IMG/VR virus record: IMGVR_UViG_3300025398_000635
Location: 1 to 64,000 of that record
Origin: a virus
Lineage: Duplodnaviria > Caudoviricetes
DNA length: 64,000 nucleotides
Direction: 5' to 3' (one strand)
Numbering within the stretch: the stretch's first letter is position 1; each line of letters starts with the position of its first letter. Shown piece by piece: positions 1 to 9,101 of this stretch. The position numbers and the translations under genes are program-made. Below the pieces are notes generated by a model, which saw only the letters and a list, made by a program, of their open reading frames with translations, ran no database searches and had not been told where the DNA came from.

Positions 1-325
1 AGCTGTCACTACCGTATTTTCCAATACCATATAACATTGTAGCATCATTGCCGTTCCAGGTCAAATAGTCCTTACTCATACGGATTAGTCGTTCATAACG
101 AACATTCATCATACCCAAGGGTGCTAGGATAGTTTTGACAAAATCCGGATCAGCATTGAGCAACGCCTGCGGTGTAGGAAACCAGTATAAGAATTCCGGT
201 AAGGTCATCTTAACTGGCTTACGACTAGTTTGATTGAGCATGATAACACCGACCATATGCTCCCAGGCATTTGATACCTGTTGTTGGACCATTAGGTCAT
301 CGCGCAAGGGCTCAAAGAATTTCAT
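1..325 (-). CDS. MBD4-like HhH-GPD DNA glycosylase (3' part runs off window)
   Basis: Hand translation MKFFEPLRDDLMVQQQ...IMLNQTSRK...FPTPQALLNAD...LAPLGM...LYGIGKYGSDS; LYGIGKYG HhH motif typical of MBD4; ATGA overlap with upstream ORF; not in ORF track. Confidence 0.7.
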   Translation of the reverse strand, partial: MKFFEPLRDDLMVQQQVSNAWEHMVGVIMLNQTSRKPVKMTLPEFLYWFPTPQALLNADPDFVKTILAPLGMMNVRYERLIRMSKDYLTWNGNDATMLYGIGKYGSDS

Positions 326-768
326 TTAACATTAGATGTATCGTAGGTTTGAGCAAAAATATCTTTCTTCACTACACCGTAATCATTAGCACCGTGTCGA
401 ACAATATAGTCTTCTCCTGACTTATAAGCCAAATCACCCCAGCTAGCATGTACTACGCCGTCGTGATCTGCTAGTTTGGCATGCTTATGTATCTGCTTTG
501 GAGTAGCAGTGCCATCACCGTTGTCATCATAGAGTTCAGCAAATTTCTCAGCACTTACTGGATATTGTTCACCTTTAGGACCTGTGATAATTTTGTGCCC
601 AGCCAAATAGCTAACTGGGCCTTCTAACGTGTCTACAGTTCCGGAGGAGATAGCTGTTTTATAATGTATAGGTGCAGATTTTTTGTAAGTTTCAAATGCT
701 CCAGTCTTAAACCAATTGTCAGTAATACCTTCCATTGATTCTACGATATTAATAAATTCTTTAATCAT
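322..768 (-). CDS. PGDYG-like protein, internally duplicated domain
   Basis: Two related halves (TLEGPVSY..GHKIITGPKGEQYPV / ASWGDLAYKSGEDYIVRHGANDYGVV..DIFAQTY). Confidence 0.5.
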   Translation of the reverse strand: MIKEFINIVESMEGITDNWFKTGAFETYKKSAPIHYKTAISSGTVDTLEGPVSYLAGHKIITGPKGEQYPVSAEKFAELYDDNGDGTATPKQIHKHAKLADHDGVVHASWGDLAYKSGEDYIVRHGANDYGVVKKDIFAQTYDTSNVK

Positions 769-1322
769 TGTTTGTCCAATTCTTTAAATGCTTCCGGAGC
801 ACGTTTTTCGGCAAGTTGACGCTGAGCTTGAGCATCGTGTGCTTTGCGTAAAATATTAGCATCACCTGTAGGTAAGGCAACCAATACATATACCCGGAAA
901 CGGCCGCCTTCTGCTACACGCTTGATATCACGCACTTCAACACCAGTTAAGTCGACACTCTTACAGCTGGTACGCAAAGCCATTTCGCTGACTTCAGTAC
1001 TGGTTGCTTCTGAGTCTGTACGATAAATCTTAGTTTGCTGACTAGCAGTACCGCCAGCTGCCATACAGATCTTACCATATGCATCTGCTTTGGCCTTATG
1101 ATCTGCCATACTAAAGTCAGCACTAACAGCACTACCAGATTCAAATACTGCTGAATTTGAAATTGGAACTTCAGTCATCCATTTAGGAGCCTGACTAATT
1201 GCCTGTTCAACATATCGCTGTTGGAGATACCGTTCATTGTCGGCACGTTTTTGATAGGGATCAGTTGTACCACATGCAGCCAATGCAGCCACGATTGGTA
1301 ATAGTGTTAGATATTTTTTCAT
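765..1322 (-). CDS. Lipoprotein (LPP20-like)
   Basis: Signal peptide with lipobox LAAC. Confidence 0.55.
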   Translation of the reverse strand: MKKYLTLLPIVAALAACGTTDPYQKRADNERYLQQRYVEQAISQAPKWMTEVPISNSAVFESGSAVSADFSMADHKAKADAYGKICMAAGGTASQQTKIYRTDSEATSTEVSEMALRTSCKSVDLTGVEVRDIKRVAEGGRFRVYVLVALPTGDANILRKAHDAQAQRQLAEKRAPEAFKELDKQ

Positions 1323-1447
1323 TTAGAATTTCCAGTCATTTGATCTTTGGTCCAATTAGCGGCACCTGAAATGTCGTTGCCAAAACCGGCAACTGTGCCA
1401 CATGCTGTTAGACTACTTAAAAGTAAAGCAACAATTAATTTTTTCAT
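1319..1447 (-). CDS. Entericidin EcnA/B-like small lipoprotein, 42 aa
   Basis: Hand translation MKKLIVALLLSSLTACGTVAGFGNDISGAANWTKDQMTGNSK; lipobox LTAC followed by GTVAGFGND; ATGA overlaps on both sides. Confidence 0.65.
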   Translation of the reverse strand: MKKLIVALLLSSLTACGTVAGFGNDISGAANWTKDQMTGNSK

Positions 1448-1572
1448 TTTGCCAACTCCGTGCTTTGTGTTTTAACTGTTTCGACGCCCTTGTCTAACAT
1501 TTTAGCAATGCCGGTGAAACCTACGGTGGCTAATACCAGTCCAAAAATTGTGCCTGCGATAAATGCCTTCAT
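1444..1572 (-). CDS. Small membrane protein, 42 aa
   Basis: MKAFIAGTIFGLVLATVGFTGIAKMLDKGVETVKTQSTELAK; RBS AAAGGC; first gene after the promoter. Confidence 0.55.
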   Translation of the reverse strand: MKAFIAGTIFGLVLATVGFTGIAKMLDKGVETVKTQSTELAK

Positions 1573-1613
1573 ATAGTGCCTTTCTTTTTATCAAATTACA
1601 TACTACAATACAT

Positions 1614-1642
1614 ATTATACTGTCAGAGACTTAGATTGTCAA
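1614..1642 (-). promoter_or_regulatory. Sigma70 consensus (early) promoter
   Basis: TTGACA-17 nt-TATAAT on minus strand. Confidence 0.85.
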
Positions 1643-1643
1643 C

Positions 1644-2177
1644 CTACCATTTATCTACTACAATCCAATTGGCAGCAGAATTATCTAATTGGCAAATAAC
1701 ACCGTAATAGACTTTCAGTTCACCTTTGGCTTCTAAGTGTTCGCTGAATAATCTACAACGACTATTTTGGTAATTAAAGTATTTGGTTACTCTAGCTGGT
1801 CCAACTTCATTTTCTAAAATTACATCACCAATCTTAGTCTTATGATTAATCTTTTGGCCTTCACTACAAACTGTTACTGATTCGGTATTAAATGTTCCAC
1901 CTAGCCCTACTAATAGATTTTTTCGAGCTTTTTCTTGTGCAATCCGGCATAGCGTATCTTCAGAATCAGCACCAGTGTGGCTATCAGTTAAATGATGAAC
2001 TACGCCGTCTACAGTTAGATCAAATGTGACTGCACATTTACCTTGCGATATATTTTTGGTTAAATTGGTTACTGCACTTACAGTATGTTGACTAGCCAAT
2101 TGACTAGCCGAACGTATGTCACAATCTGCCCACGCAAGTTGACTAGCCAAAAGAGGTATTAGTAGTAGACGTTTCAT
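1644..2177 (-). CDS. Secreted hypothetical protein
   Basis: Signal peptide (AWA/D), several Cys. Confidence 0.55.
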   Translation of the reverse strand: MKRLLLIPLLASQLAWADCDIRSASQLASQHTVSAVTNLTKNISQGKCAVTFDLTVDGVVHHLTDSHTGADSEDTLCRIAQEKARKNLLVGLGGTFNTESVTVCSEGQKINHKTKIGDVILENEVGPARVTKYFNYQNSRCRLFSEHLEAKGELKVYYGVICQLDNSAANWIVVDKW

Positions 2178-2449
2178 GATTTATCGCACGAATATGAGTA
2201 CCACCAAATGGTAGCTTTTAACTTACTATTGTATTCACGATCCACTAGGCTTAAATTATCCGGATCTGGATCAAAATTTTTATCTTGTTTGATCTTTTTA
2301 AGATGTGCCAATTGCTGATCGGCTAGCTCACAGCTAACTGGATAGTTAGCTAGAGCTTCGTAGGTTAGTGGTCCGGCCCAGGGGTTTGGACTTTCATGCT
2401 CGTAGCACCCTGCTAGCAGTAGTACTACTAAACACATTGCCAATTTCAT
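2174..2449 (-). CDS. Hypothetical lipoprotein
   Basis: Lipobox LAGC; coupled to neighbours. Confidence 0.55.
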   Translation of the reverse strand: MKLAMCLVVLLLAGCYEHESPNPWAGPLTYEALANYPVSCELADQQLAHLKKIKQDKNFDPDPDNLSLVDREYNSKLKATIWWYSYSCDKS

Positions 2450-2670
2450 TTTACATACTTTCTAATAAGATTCCAGCACTCTTCATTACTAGTATTATAA
2501 AACAATTTGGCTGCGCTGTCAACATCTTGTCCACTTTCTGTTGCAATTTGTTTCCGTATTATGGTCGGACACCAATTGAGAAATGCTTGCCCGACTCGAT
2601 AATCTGGATTACGCATGTACTCCCAATTATAATGTTTGACAAACTCATCAAACTCTTGCGGGCTGAGCAT
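2446..2670 (-). CDS. Hypothetical protein
   Basis: ORF track; tight overlaps with neighbours. Confidence 0.55.
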   Translation of the reverse strand: MLSPQEFDEFVKHYNWEYMRNPDYRVGQAFLNWCPTIIRKQIATESGQDVDSAAKLFYNTSNEECWNLIRKYVK

Positions 2671-2834
2671 TACTGACTAAATTTATAATTGATTCCGGCT
2701 AGAATAAAACTAATGGCAGCACCGGTATAGTCACCTTTGCCTAAATCTTCAAAACCACAAAGGGTTAGCCACCCAATTAGAAACCAAGTAATTTCTGTTT
2801 GATTATTCAAATACCATGATCTAAAGCTATTCAT
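2670..2834 (-). CDS. Small membrane protein, 54 aa
   Basis: Hand translation MNSFRSWYLNNQTEITWFLIGWLTLCGFEDLGKGDYTGAAISFILAGINYKFSQ; fills the gap exactly. Confidence 0.5.
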   Translation of the reverse strand: MNSFRSWYLNNQTEITWFLIGWLTLCGFEDLGKGDYTGAAISFILAGINYKFSQ

Positions 2835-3070
2835 CCTCTTACTCCTGTGTTTGTTATTGTTACTTCGGGTCCTTCACTTTCAAAATCCATTCCGCTGCCT
2901 CTTCCTTCATAGCAACGACCGTTCCATTTTAATTTCAACTTGATTGCCTTGTTAATGATTACATCAAGTTGCTGTTGAAATACAAATTGATCAACAACTG
3001 CTTCAGTTAATTTGGCACTCTTAGCCATTTTAACCTTGCAGGTATTACTGTGGCGAACTATCTGCGACAT
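2831..3070 (-). CDS. Hypothetical protein
   Basis: Likely start MSQIVRH (3070). Confidence 0.5.
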   Translation of the reverse strand: MSQIVRHSNTCKVKMAKSAKLTEAVVDQFVFQQQLDVIINKAIKLKLKWNGRCYEGRGSGMDFESEGPEVTITNTGVRG

Positions 3071-3227
3071 TGCCCGCCTCCAATTCTGCAATGCGATTTT
3101 CAAGAGCATCAATATGATCGGCCATCTGCATTAATAAATTGTTAGTATTTTGACTAGTTGTTCGTAGCATATCTGCCACACTAATTTTTGGTTGTTGTTC
3201 TTCTACAATTTTAATTTCTTCTGACAT
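3045..3227 (-). CDS. Small coiled-coil protein
   Basis: Start MSEEIK after GGAGA RBS; IDALENRIAELE heptads. Confidence 0.5.
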   Translation of the reverse strand: MSEEIKIVEEQQPKISVADMLRTTSQNTNNLLMQMADHIDALENRIAELEAGNVADSSPQ

Positions 3228-3228
3228 T

Positions 3229-4077
3229 TTAAATCTCCAATAAAATATTTGGGTTCCAGCCGCTTTCCTCGTAGCCATCATAGCCGCGTGGATTACATAC
3301 TATTCTAGTAGTACCGATCATGTAGTCAAATGGATAATGCGTATGCCCGTGTGTCCATAATTTAATCTGCGGGTGGTCAAGGATAAATTCATTCAAATCG
3401 CTGTGGTACCCGGCATTCATTATAGTTTCGTGTGCGTACATTTCATGCACACTAGCAAAACTTGGACTATGATGACCAACAACTACATATTTGTTAAATG
3501 GGTTACTTTCTACTACTTCTTTGATATAGGCTTTAGTACGACTGTGTCGGTCCATGATATCGGCAGCCTTAAGCGGACGATATCCAGCATGTTCTACCCG
3601 AATGATTTTAAAATCATTCATCATAGAGGGCAAGGCATGCATAGTCAATGGATCACCTTTATTACAATCAGTCCATAATGTTCCGCCCACAAAAGTAACA
3701 TCGTCAATTACCTTGGTATCACGTTCCAAAAAGTAGATGTTGCTAAATGATTCCTCACACTCCTGTCTTAGGATATCTATAGTTTCCGCCCACTTGCCGT
3801 CATAGAATTCATGATTGCCGGCTATGTAGATAACATGTGGAAATTGGAAGCTACAGCGTTTAAGGAATTCTCTATAACGTAAGGCGGCCTGTTGACGATA
3901 ACTCATACTATCAACCAATGCTTCACCGGCCCACGCCATGCTCACAGGCTTCGCTCGCTTAAGATGATCAGCGACCATGATATCTCCGCCTAGAATAAGG
4001 ACGTCATAGTCGTTGTCATTTTTAATCTGTATGTCAGCAAACTCTAAATGTAGATCGCTGACTAGTTTAATTTTCAT
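3229..4077 (-). CDS. Calcineurin-like metallophosphoesterase
   Basis: SDLH, GGD, GNHE, THH/HH and HGHTH motifs. Confidence 0.85.
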   Translation of the reverse strand: MKIKLVSDLHLEFADIQIKNDNDYDVLILGGDIMVADHLKRAKPVSMAWAGEALVDSMSYRQQAALRYREFLKRCSFQFPHVIYIAGNHEFYDGKWAETIDILRQECEESFSNIYFLERDTKVIDDVTFVGGTLWTDCNKGDPLTMHALPSMMNDFKIIRVEHAGYRPLKAADIMDRHSRTKAYIKEVVESNPFNKYVVVGHHSPSFASVHEMYAHETIMNAGYHSDLNEFILDHPQIKLWTHGHTHYPFDYMIGTTRIVCNPRGYDGYEESGWNPNILLEI

Positions 4078-4481
4078 TGCTCAAACCCTTCTCGCAGAAG
4101 TTTTGCCTCTTCACGGCTATTCTCACAGGACTGACACAACACGCGGATCCATCCACCTCGTCTAGTTTCACCAGGTACTCCGCAACTTTCACAAGTAACA
4201 CCAGACATTGACTCCGCCATGCTAACTAACCCAGCAACATATTCATCTCCGCCTTGATAATAGAATCGTAGCGAACCGAACTTTTCTTTGACTTGTTGTA
4301 CAACTACCTGTGGAACAATTTCGCCATCTTTATTTTTCCAATCTAAGTGATGTTGGATGTTTTGGCATAACTGAACTAGGATATTAGCCCAGCCTGCACC
4401 CACAGCAATACCACCGTACTTACCTACAAACATTTTTGGATATACTTTTGGAAAGTATTCTTGCATTTCTTGTTCTGTCAT
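4074..4481 (-). CDS. Conserved phage hypothetical protein with C-terminal Zn-ribbon
   Basis: QVKEKFGSLRFY; CESCG...LCQSC. Confidence 0.6.
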   Translation of the reverse strand: MTEQEMQEYFPKVYPKMFVGKYGGIAVGAGWANILVQLCQNIQHHLDWKNKDGEIVPQVVVQQVKEKFGSLRFYYQGGDEYVAGLVSMAESMSGVTCESCGVPGETRRGGWIRVLCQSCENSREEAKLLREGFEQ

Positions 4482-4505
4482 AGCTTGCTCCTTGTATTAT
4501 GTATT

Positions 4506-5159
4506 TTACATGAAAATGCAGTCGGTGTCAATCTTTTGTAACCTTATATAGACCTTTTTGGCTAGGCGTTGTATTATTGGATTTGAGATATTGCCAAATT
4601 GTTTAACATATGAATGTAGAGCAGGACTAACATATTGACTATTGAATTTTAATTTACTCAGGCTGGCAAATGTTGGCATGTATCTTAGCGCACGAGTTTT
4701 ACCTAGACTTCTACATAATTCGATGGCTATGCTAATCGCGTAGGCATCTATTTCGTCAGGGTCTTCTAGATAGGTATTACCATTATAAAAAACTTCAAAG
4801 ATTCTTTTACGGCTTTGGCGTTGATGTCTAAACTCGTGTACAGTGGCATCAAATATTTGTATTAGCAAATTAGTTATATGCAATTCGTCCCAAACTAAGT
4901 CTTTGGTGAAATTATGATATATGCTTATTTCTATTGCTATTTCTCGACGATGATCATCGATCGGGTCATAAAATGCATTAACACAGAATTCGTCTAAATC
5001 TAGTGTTCGATCTCTCAGACTCTTTATTCTAATATCAAACCCTTGGGTTCGAAATTCTCTGCGTAGGCTAGTTAGTAATGATTGGAAACTTACACCCGAT
5101 TTGCTTTTGTTCCTTACGGTCTTACAAACTAAACAAACGGATTCCATTACGCTATTCAT
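4506..5159 (-). CDS. Hypothetical protein with HExxH metallopeptidase-like motif
   Basis: VHEFRH plus downstream DEIDAYA. Confidence 0.5.
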   Translation of the reverse strand: MNSVMESVCLVCKTVRNKSKSGVSFQSLLTSLRREFRTQGFDIRIKSLRDRTLDLDEFCVNAFYDPIDDHRREIAIEISIYHNFTKDLVWDELHITNLLIQIFDATVHEFRHQRQSRKRIFEVFYNGNTYLEDPDEIDAYAISIAIELCRSLGKTRALRYMPTFASLSKLKFNSQYVSPALHSYVKQFGNISNPIIQRLAKKVYIRLQKIDTDCIFM

Positions 5160-5161
5160 TA

Positions 5162-5380
5162 CTATAACCTATAAGTTATCCTACCTTTAGTTAAATCATA
5201 AGTGCTGACTTCTAATCTAACTGAATCACCTTCGATAATTCTTATTTTATGCTGTTTAAGTTTCCCGCCCAGGTAACACAGTAGTAAATCGGGCATATTT
5301 TCTACACGCACTCTAAACATATTAGCAGGTAGAACTTCTTCTACAGTACCGGTTAATTCTAATAAATCGTCTTTACTCAT
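5162..5380 (-). CDS. infA: Translation initiation factor IF-1
   Basis: MSKDDLLELTGTVEEVLPANMFRV...IRIIEGDSVRLEVSTYDLTKGRITYR. Confidence 0.93.
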   Translation of the reverse strand: MSKDDLLELTGTVEEVLPANMFRVRVENMPDLLLCYLGGKLKQHKIRIIEGDSVRLEVSTYDLTKGRITYRL

Positions 5381-5544
5381 GCATTTACTTTTTGAATAGT
5401 CCAACTACCATCATGGTTATCAGTCCATTCCAATGTATCCCCTTCTTTCCAACCCTGAGTTTCTAAAAAATCATCCGGAAACGGCAATAATAAATCGCCT
5501 GTTGCAGGATCTTCTTCTACAGTTATAGTCCAATTTGTTTTCAT
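5377..5544 (-). CDS. AbrB/MazE-like small DNA-binding protein, 55 aa
   Basis: Hand translation MKTNWTITVEEDPATGDLLLPFPDDFLETQGWKEGDTLEWTDNHDGSWTIQKVNA; ATGA overlap with infA. Confidence 0.55.
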   Translation of the reverse strand: MKTNWTITVEEDPATGDLLLPFPDDFLETQGWKEGDTLEWTDNHDGSWTIQKVNA

Positions 5545-5557
5545 ATTATTATTTAAC

Positions 5558-5968
5558 CTAGTGTTTATCTTTAGGCCATGGAACTGGAATCCAACCTAAT
5601 CTGTTGAAATCTCTTTCGATTTCATCGGTTACTGTACCTTCTGGAACATATTTTTTGGCAGCAAATTCTGCTTGTGCATCATGCTCCTGTTCATTTGATA
5701 GTGCCGCAAATCCACCCATACCACTGCAATACCAATCCATATAGTCGCCCTTACCTATGAAGTCAGATACTAGTCCGCCGGCGGCACGCCAACTACAGGA
5801 CCAATATTCTTCTTTTAGTATGGGCCATAAATCACGTGGGCAATATTGCATATTGCATAATGCCGCATAGAGATTTTGAGCATAGTCATCACGAGTCCTA
5901 ATTTTATTCAGGATCTCGTCATCACGCCAAATATCTTCTATGAGATTATATTCCTTCATTCGTGCCAT
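5558..5968 (-). CDS. Conserved phage hypothetical protein
   Basis: YAQNLYAALCN, WSCSWR, YMDWYCSG motifs. Confidence 0.55.
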   Translation of the reverse strand: MARMKEYNLIEDIWRDDEILNKIRTRDDYAQNLYAALCNMQYCPRDLWPILKEEYWSCSWRAAGGLVSDFIGKGDYMDWYCSGMGGFAALSNEQEHDAQAEFAAKKYVPEGTVTDEIERDFNRLGWIPVPWPKDKH

Positions 5969-6285
5969 GCGCCCTGAAAACAGTGCCGAGTTTCGTGACC
6001 CAGGGTGTGCATTGTTGGGTTTTTAAAGGTATAGATAATACAGTTATTCACGCCGTTAACTGGGGCATCATTAAATGAACAGGCTTGCACAGCCATTTTA
6101 AATCCGGTTCCACCTCTGCGTCGGCTTTCTTTATCACAAGCTGCCTGTACATCATCAACAGGGATCCATCGGATATTGCTTTGAACTGCAATATTTTTAG
6201 CGGTGGAAAATGGCATGATCGGATTATCTTCAAATCCGTATGCAGTGGAACTTACCATTAATACTAAAAATAAAAACTGTTTCAT
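5956..6285 (-). CDS. Secreted protein with HExxH motif
   Basis: Signal peptide; LGHETRHC. Confidence 0.55.
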   Translation of the reverse strand: MKQFLFLVLMVSSTAYGFEDNPIMPFSTAKNIAVQSNIRWIPVDDVQAACDKESRRRGGTGFKMAVQACSFNDAPVNGVNNCIIYTFKNPTMHTLGHETRHCFQGAWHE

Positions 6286-6307
6286 ACTAGCCTTTCTGTG
6301 CCTATTT

Positions 6308-6415
6308 TGGTGTAGACGGAAGGATTCGAACCTTCAAAGTCGCTCTAAGAGCTAGACCCTTGCCCTCCCCAACAAATGCTGGGGAGGAGGTATACCAAGT
6401 TCCACTCACGTCTAC
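6308..6415 (-). ncRNA. tRNA-like RNA (108 nt) without a canonical anticodon loop
   Basis: Acceptor GTAGACG/CGTCTAC+A+CCA; T-arm GAAGG-TTCGAAT-CCTTC; anticodon arm replaced by a ~10-bp stem; long variable arm. Confidence 0.7.
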
Positions 6416-6421
6416 ATTGTT

Positions 6422-6450
6422 ATTATAGTGCCTTTTGTAAATACTGTCAA
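6422..6450 (-). promoter_or_regulatory. Sigma70 consensus promoter directly upstream of the tRNA-like RNA
   Basis: TTGACA-17-TATAAT. Confidence 0.85.
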
Positions 6451-7406
6451 TGCAATTTTCTACAATACCCTTCGATAAGATTACATATTTTGGACAGCAA
6501 ACCATGCTGGATCGTCCATTATTTAACACGAGTTGGATATTGGGCCGTTTTTGTAATTATAAATGTAGCTATTGCTGGCCCTATGCTCGCAGTGACAAAA
6601 TGGACTATCAGCCATTTGAAGTCTATACTCACGCAATAGATGAGATTAAACGTCAAGCTCGCCAAAATGGATTTACTCAATTTCACTGGTCATTCAGCGG
6701 AGGCGAACCTACAGCATACAAGCAACTGCCCGATTTAGTAAAACATCTAGATGAAACAGAAAGTCCCTATCAAAGCATACACATGACAACCAATTTGAGT
6801 CCGGGATCAAAATGGTGGAAGACATGGTGTACTAATACAGCTTTATTACAGCGTCGTAGTATCACAGCTAGTTTTCATGCAGAGTTTGCTAAAGAGCAAG
6901 AGTTTGGTGACAAATGTCTACAGTTGATTTACGAAGGAGTATATGTTACAGTTAATCAAGTAATGGTTCCTGAACAGTTTTATGAAACACTAGAACGTTG
7001 TAATCGGTTACGTTCCAAAGGAATTAATGTAACACTTAAACCACAAAGCAATGATACTGCAACTGCTATCGTAGATGGATATACTCCCGAAATGATCAAG
7101 ATCATGCAAGATGACTTTGAACAACAAGAAGGTTATCAGATTAGATTAACAGACGGTCATCAAGATTATTATATCGATCAAGCAGAACGATTTAATGCGT
7201 TGGGTTTTAATCAGTTTACTGATTGGACTTGCAACAGCGGATACCAAAGTGTTATAATAAGAGGTGACGAAGTAAAACGAGCATATAGTTGTCAAGAAGA
7301 ATCTTTGGGCACAATAGAAAAATTTACTTTGTTTTCCAACCCTAAAAAATGTGTAACTACCAGATGTGTTAGCTCAGCAGATAGCAAGGTACCAAAATGC
7401 AAATAG
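6450..7406 (+). CDS. Radical SAM protein with C-terminal Cys (twitch/SPASM-like) region
   Basis: CNYKCSYC, SGGEPT; C-terminal CNSG...C...C...C. Confidence 0.85.
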   Translation: MQFSTIPFDKITYFGQQTMLDRPLFNTSWILGRFCNYKCSYCWPYARSDKMDYQPFEVYTHAIDEIKRQARQNGFTQFHWSFSGGEPTAYKQLPDLVKHLDETESPYQSIHMTTNLSPGSKWWKTWCTNTALLQRRSITASFHAEFAKEQEFGDKCLQLIYEGVYVTVNQVMVPEQFYETLERCNRLRSKGINVTLKPQSNDTATAIVDGYTPEMIKIMQDDFEQQEGYQIRLTDGHQDYYIDQAERFNALGFNQFTDWTCNSGYQSVIIRGDEVKRAYSCQEESLGTIEKFTLFSNPKKCVTTRCVSSADSKVPKCK

Positions 7407-7993
7407 ATACCGAACACTTACATTTTTGGATGCAGGCCATCCGACAAAGTCCAGATCCTATGAGAACTATGGACGCATTTTGGCAAGGGCAAATTAAAAG
7501 CAAAGAATGGTTAATAGACAATATTAAACCCTATGTTGCTAATGCCGTGAGTATAGATATTCACGGAGGATGGGTAGGTGTCTTGGCCAGTCTTTTATTT
7601 CAAAGTGATATCGCAATTAAATATCTGCGTAGTATAGACATAGATCCGGCATGCCAGCCGATCGCCACAATGATGAATAAGATAGAAGAGCAAGACGGAT
7701 ACTTTAAGGCTGTTACCGCTGACATGTGCGAAGTGGAGTCTACAAGCGATATCATAATTAATACCAGTTGTGAACACATCACACAGGAGCAGTACGATAA
7801 ATGGTTATCAAATTTACCAGACTCAAGTCTGCTGGTACTACAAAGTAACAATTACGATATTCCGGAGCATGTTCGATGGGCCAATGATCTCGGTGATTTT
7901 CAAAAACAAAGTAATATAAATGTACTGTGGAGTGGCGAGTTACCTACACAGTTGTATAATCGTTATATGTTAATAGGCTACAAACATGTTTAA
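7397..7993 (+). CDS. Class I SAM-dependent methyltransferase-like protein
   Basis: DIHGGWVG motif I, SIDID, ADM, INTSCEH. Confidence 0.6.
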   Translation: MQIDTEHLHFWMQAIRQSPDPMRTMDAFWQGQIKSKEWLIDNIKPYVANAVSIDIHGGWVGVLASLLFQSDIAIKYLRSIDIDPACQPIATMMNKIEEQDGYFKAVTADMCEVESTSDIIINTSCEHITQEQYDKWLSNLPDSSLLVLQSNNYDIPEHVRWANDLGDFQKQSNINVLWSGELPTQLYNRYMLIGYKHV

Positions 7994-9101
7994 ATTTAAT
8001 GAACTAAACGCTCTTCAAATTGAAATAACTAATCGCTGTCAAGCAGCCTGTCCACTTTGTGCAAGAAACGTGCATGGTGGGTTAGATAATCCTATAATGA
8101 AGTTAAATGATTGGTCTCTCGATGATTTCAAAAGAATTTTTAATAAAGAAGTATTGTTACAGATTAAATCTATTGATTTCGCAGGAACTGCTGGAGAGCC
8201 CACACTTAATAAAGATTTAATTGCCATGTGCGATTATGTTAAGACAACTAATCCAGCTATATTCATTAGTATTTTTACTAATGGTGGCGCACGAAATTCT
8301 AAGTGGTGGGCAGAATTAGCAACAGTAATGCCATTCAATCATAGCGTAGTTTTTGCATTAGATGGATTAGAAGATACTAATCACCTATACAGAGTTAACG
8401 TGACATATGATATGGTTATAAAGAACGCAAAGACTTTTATAGCAGCAGGTGGCTATGCAACGTGGCAGTTTATACAGTTTAAACATAATCAACATCAAAT
8501 TGAGGAAGCTAAACAACGAGCTAGGGATATTGGATTCAAAGCATTTTCATTAAAAACTAGCCGCAGGCACGGTGACGAACCATTTAAAGTACTAGATAGA
8601 GATGGTATTGTTACACATTACTTAGAATCTTCAGATTCTGCTCCTATCAAATTTATTAAGAAGGGAGACTTTGATAATTTTAAAAAATGGGATAAAGCTG
8701 ATGAAATCCATTGCTATGTTAAAAAGAATAGAGAAATTTATATTGACGCAAACTACATAACCCTGCCTTGTTGCATTATGGGATCGTTAACCTATTTAAA
8801 TATTGATTATAATAAAGAATATTATAAACAGTACAACGTCTACGATTCAGTGTCAAACTATGATGCCGGCACTGGATTAAATGAAAGTTTTTCAAAACTG
8901 GTAAATGATATGGGTGGATTTGATGCTATTGATGCTAGTAAAGTAGACATTAAAAGTTTGCTTGAATCGGAGATGTGGCAAACAATTATGCAGAAGAAAT
9001 GGAAGGATAAAGATTCTGATGTATGTATTAAGATGTGTAGTGCATCTAGTCCTTTTTCCACTATGGAAGATCAAGACACTTATGTAGAACGTTTTAATTA
9101 A
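7986..9101 (+). CDS. Radical SAM/SPASM-type protein
   Basis: CQAACPLC, GTAGEP, TNGG, LDG; C-terminal C..PCC..C..C. Confidence 0.85.
   Translation: MFKFNELNALQIEITNRCQAACPLCARNVHGGLDNPIMKLNDWSLDDFKRIFNKEVLLQIKSIDFAGTAGEPTLNKDLIAMCDYVKTTNPAIFISIFTNGGARNSKWWAELATVMPFNHSVVFALDGLEDTNHLYRVNVTYDMVIKNAKTFIAAGGYATWQFIQFKHNQHQIEEAKQRARDIGFKAFSLKTSRRHGDEPFKVLDRDGIVTHYLESSDSAPIKFIKKGDFDNFKKWDKADEIHCYVKKNREIYIDANYITLPCCIMGSLTYLNIDYNKEYYKQYNVYDSVSNYDAGTGLNESFSKLVNDMGGFDAIDASKVDIKSLLESEMWQTIMQKKWKDKDSDVCIKMCSASSPFSTMEDQDTYVERFN

Noticed and set aside
6308-6415. tRNA-Sec or intron-containing tRNA
   Set aside because: No TCA anticodon, a 7-bp acceptor stem, and no group I core or BHB motif
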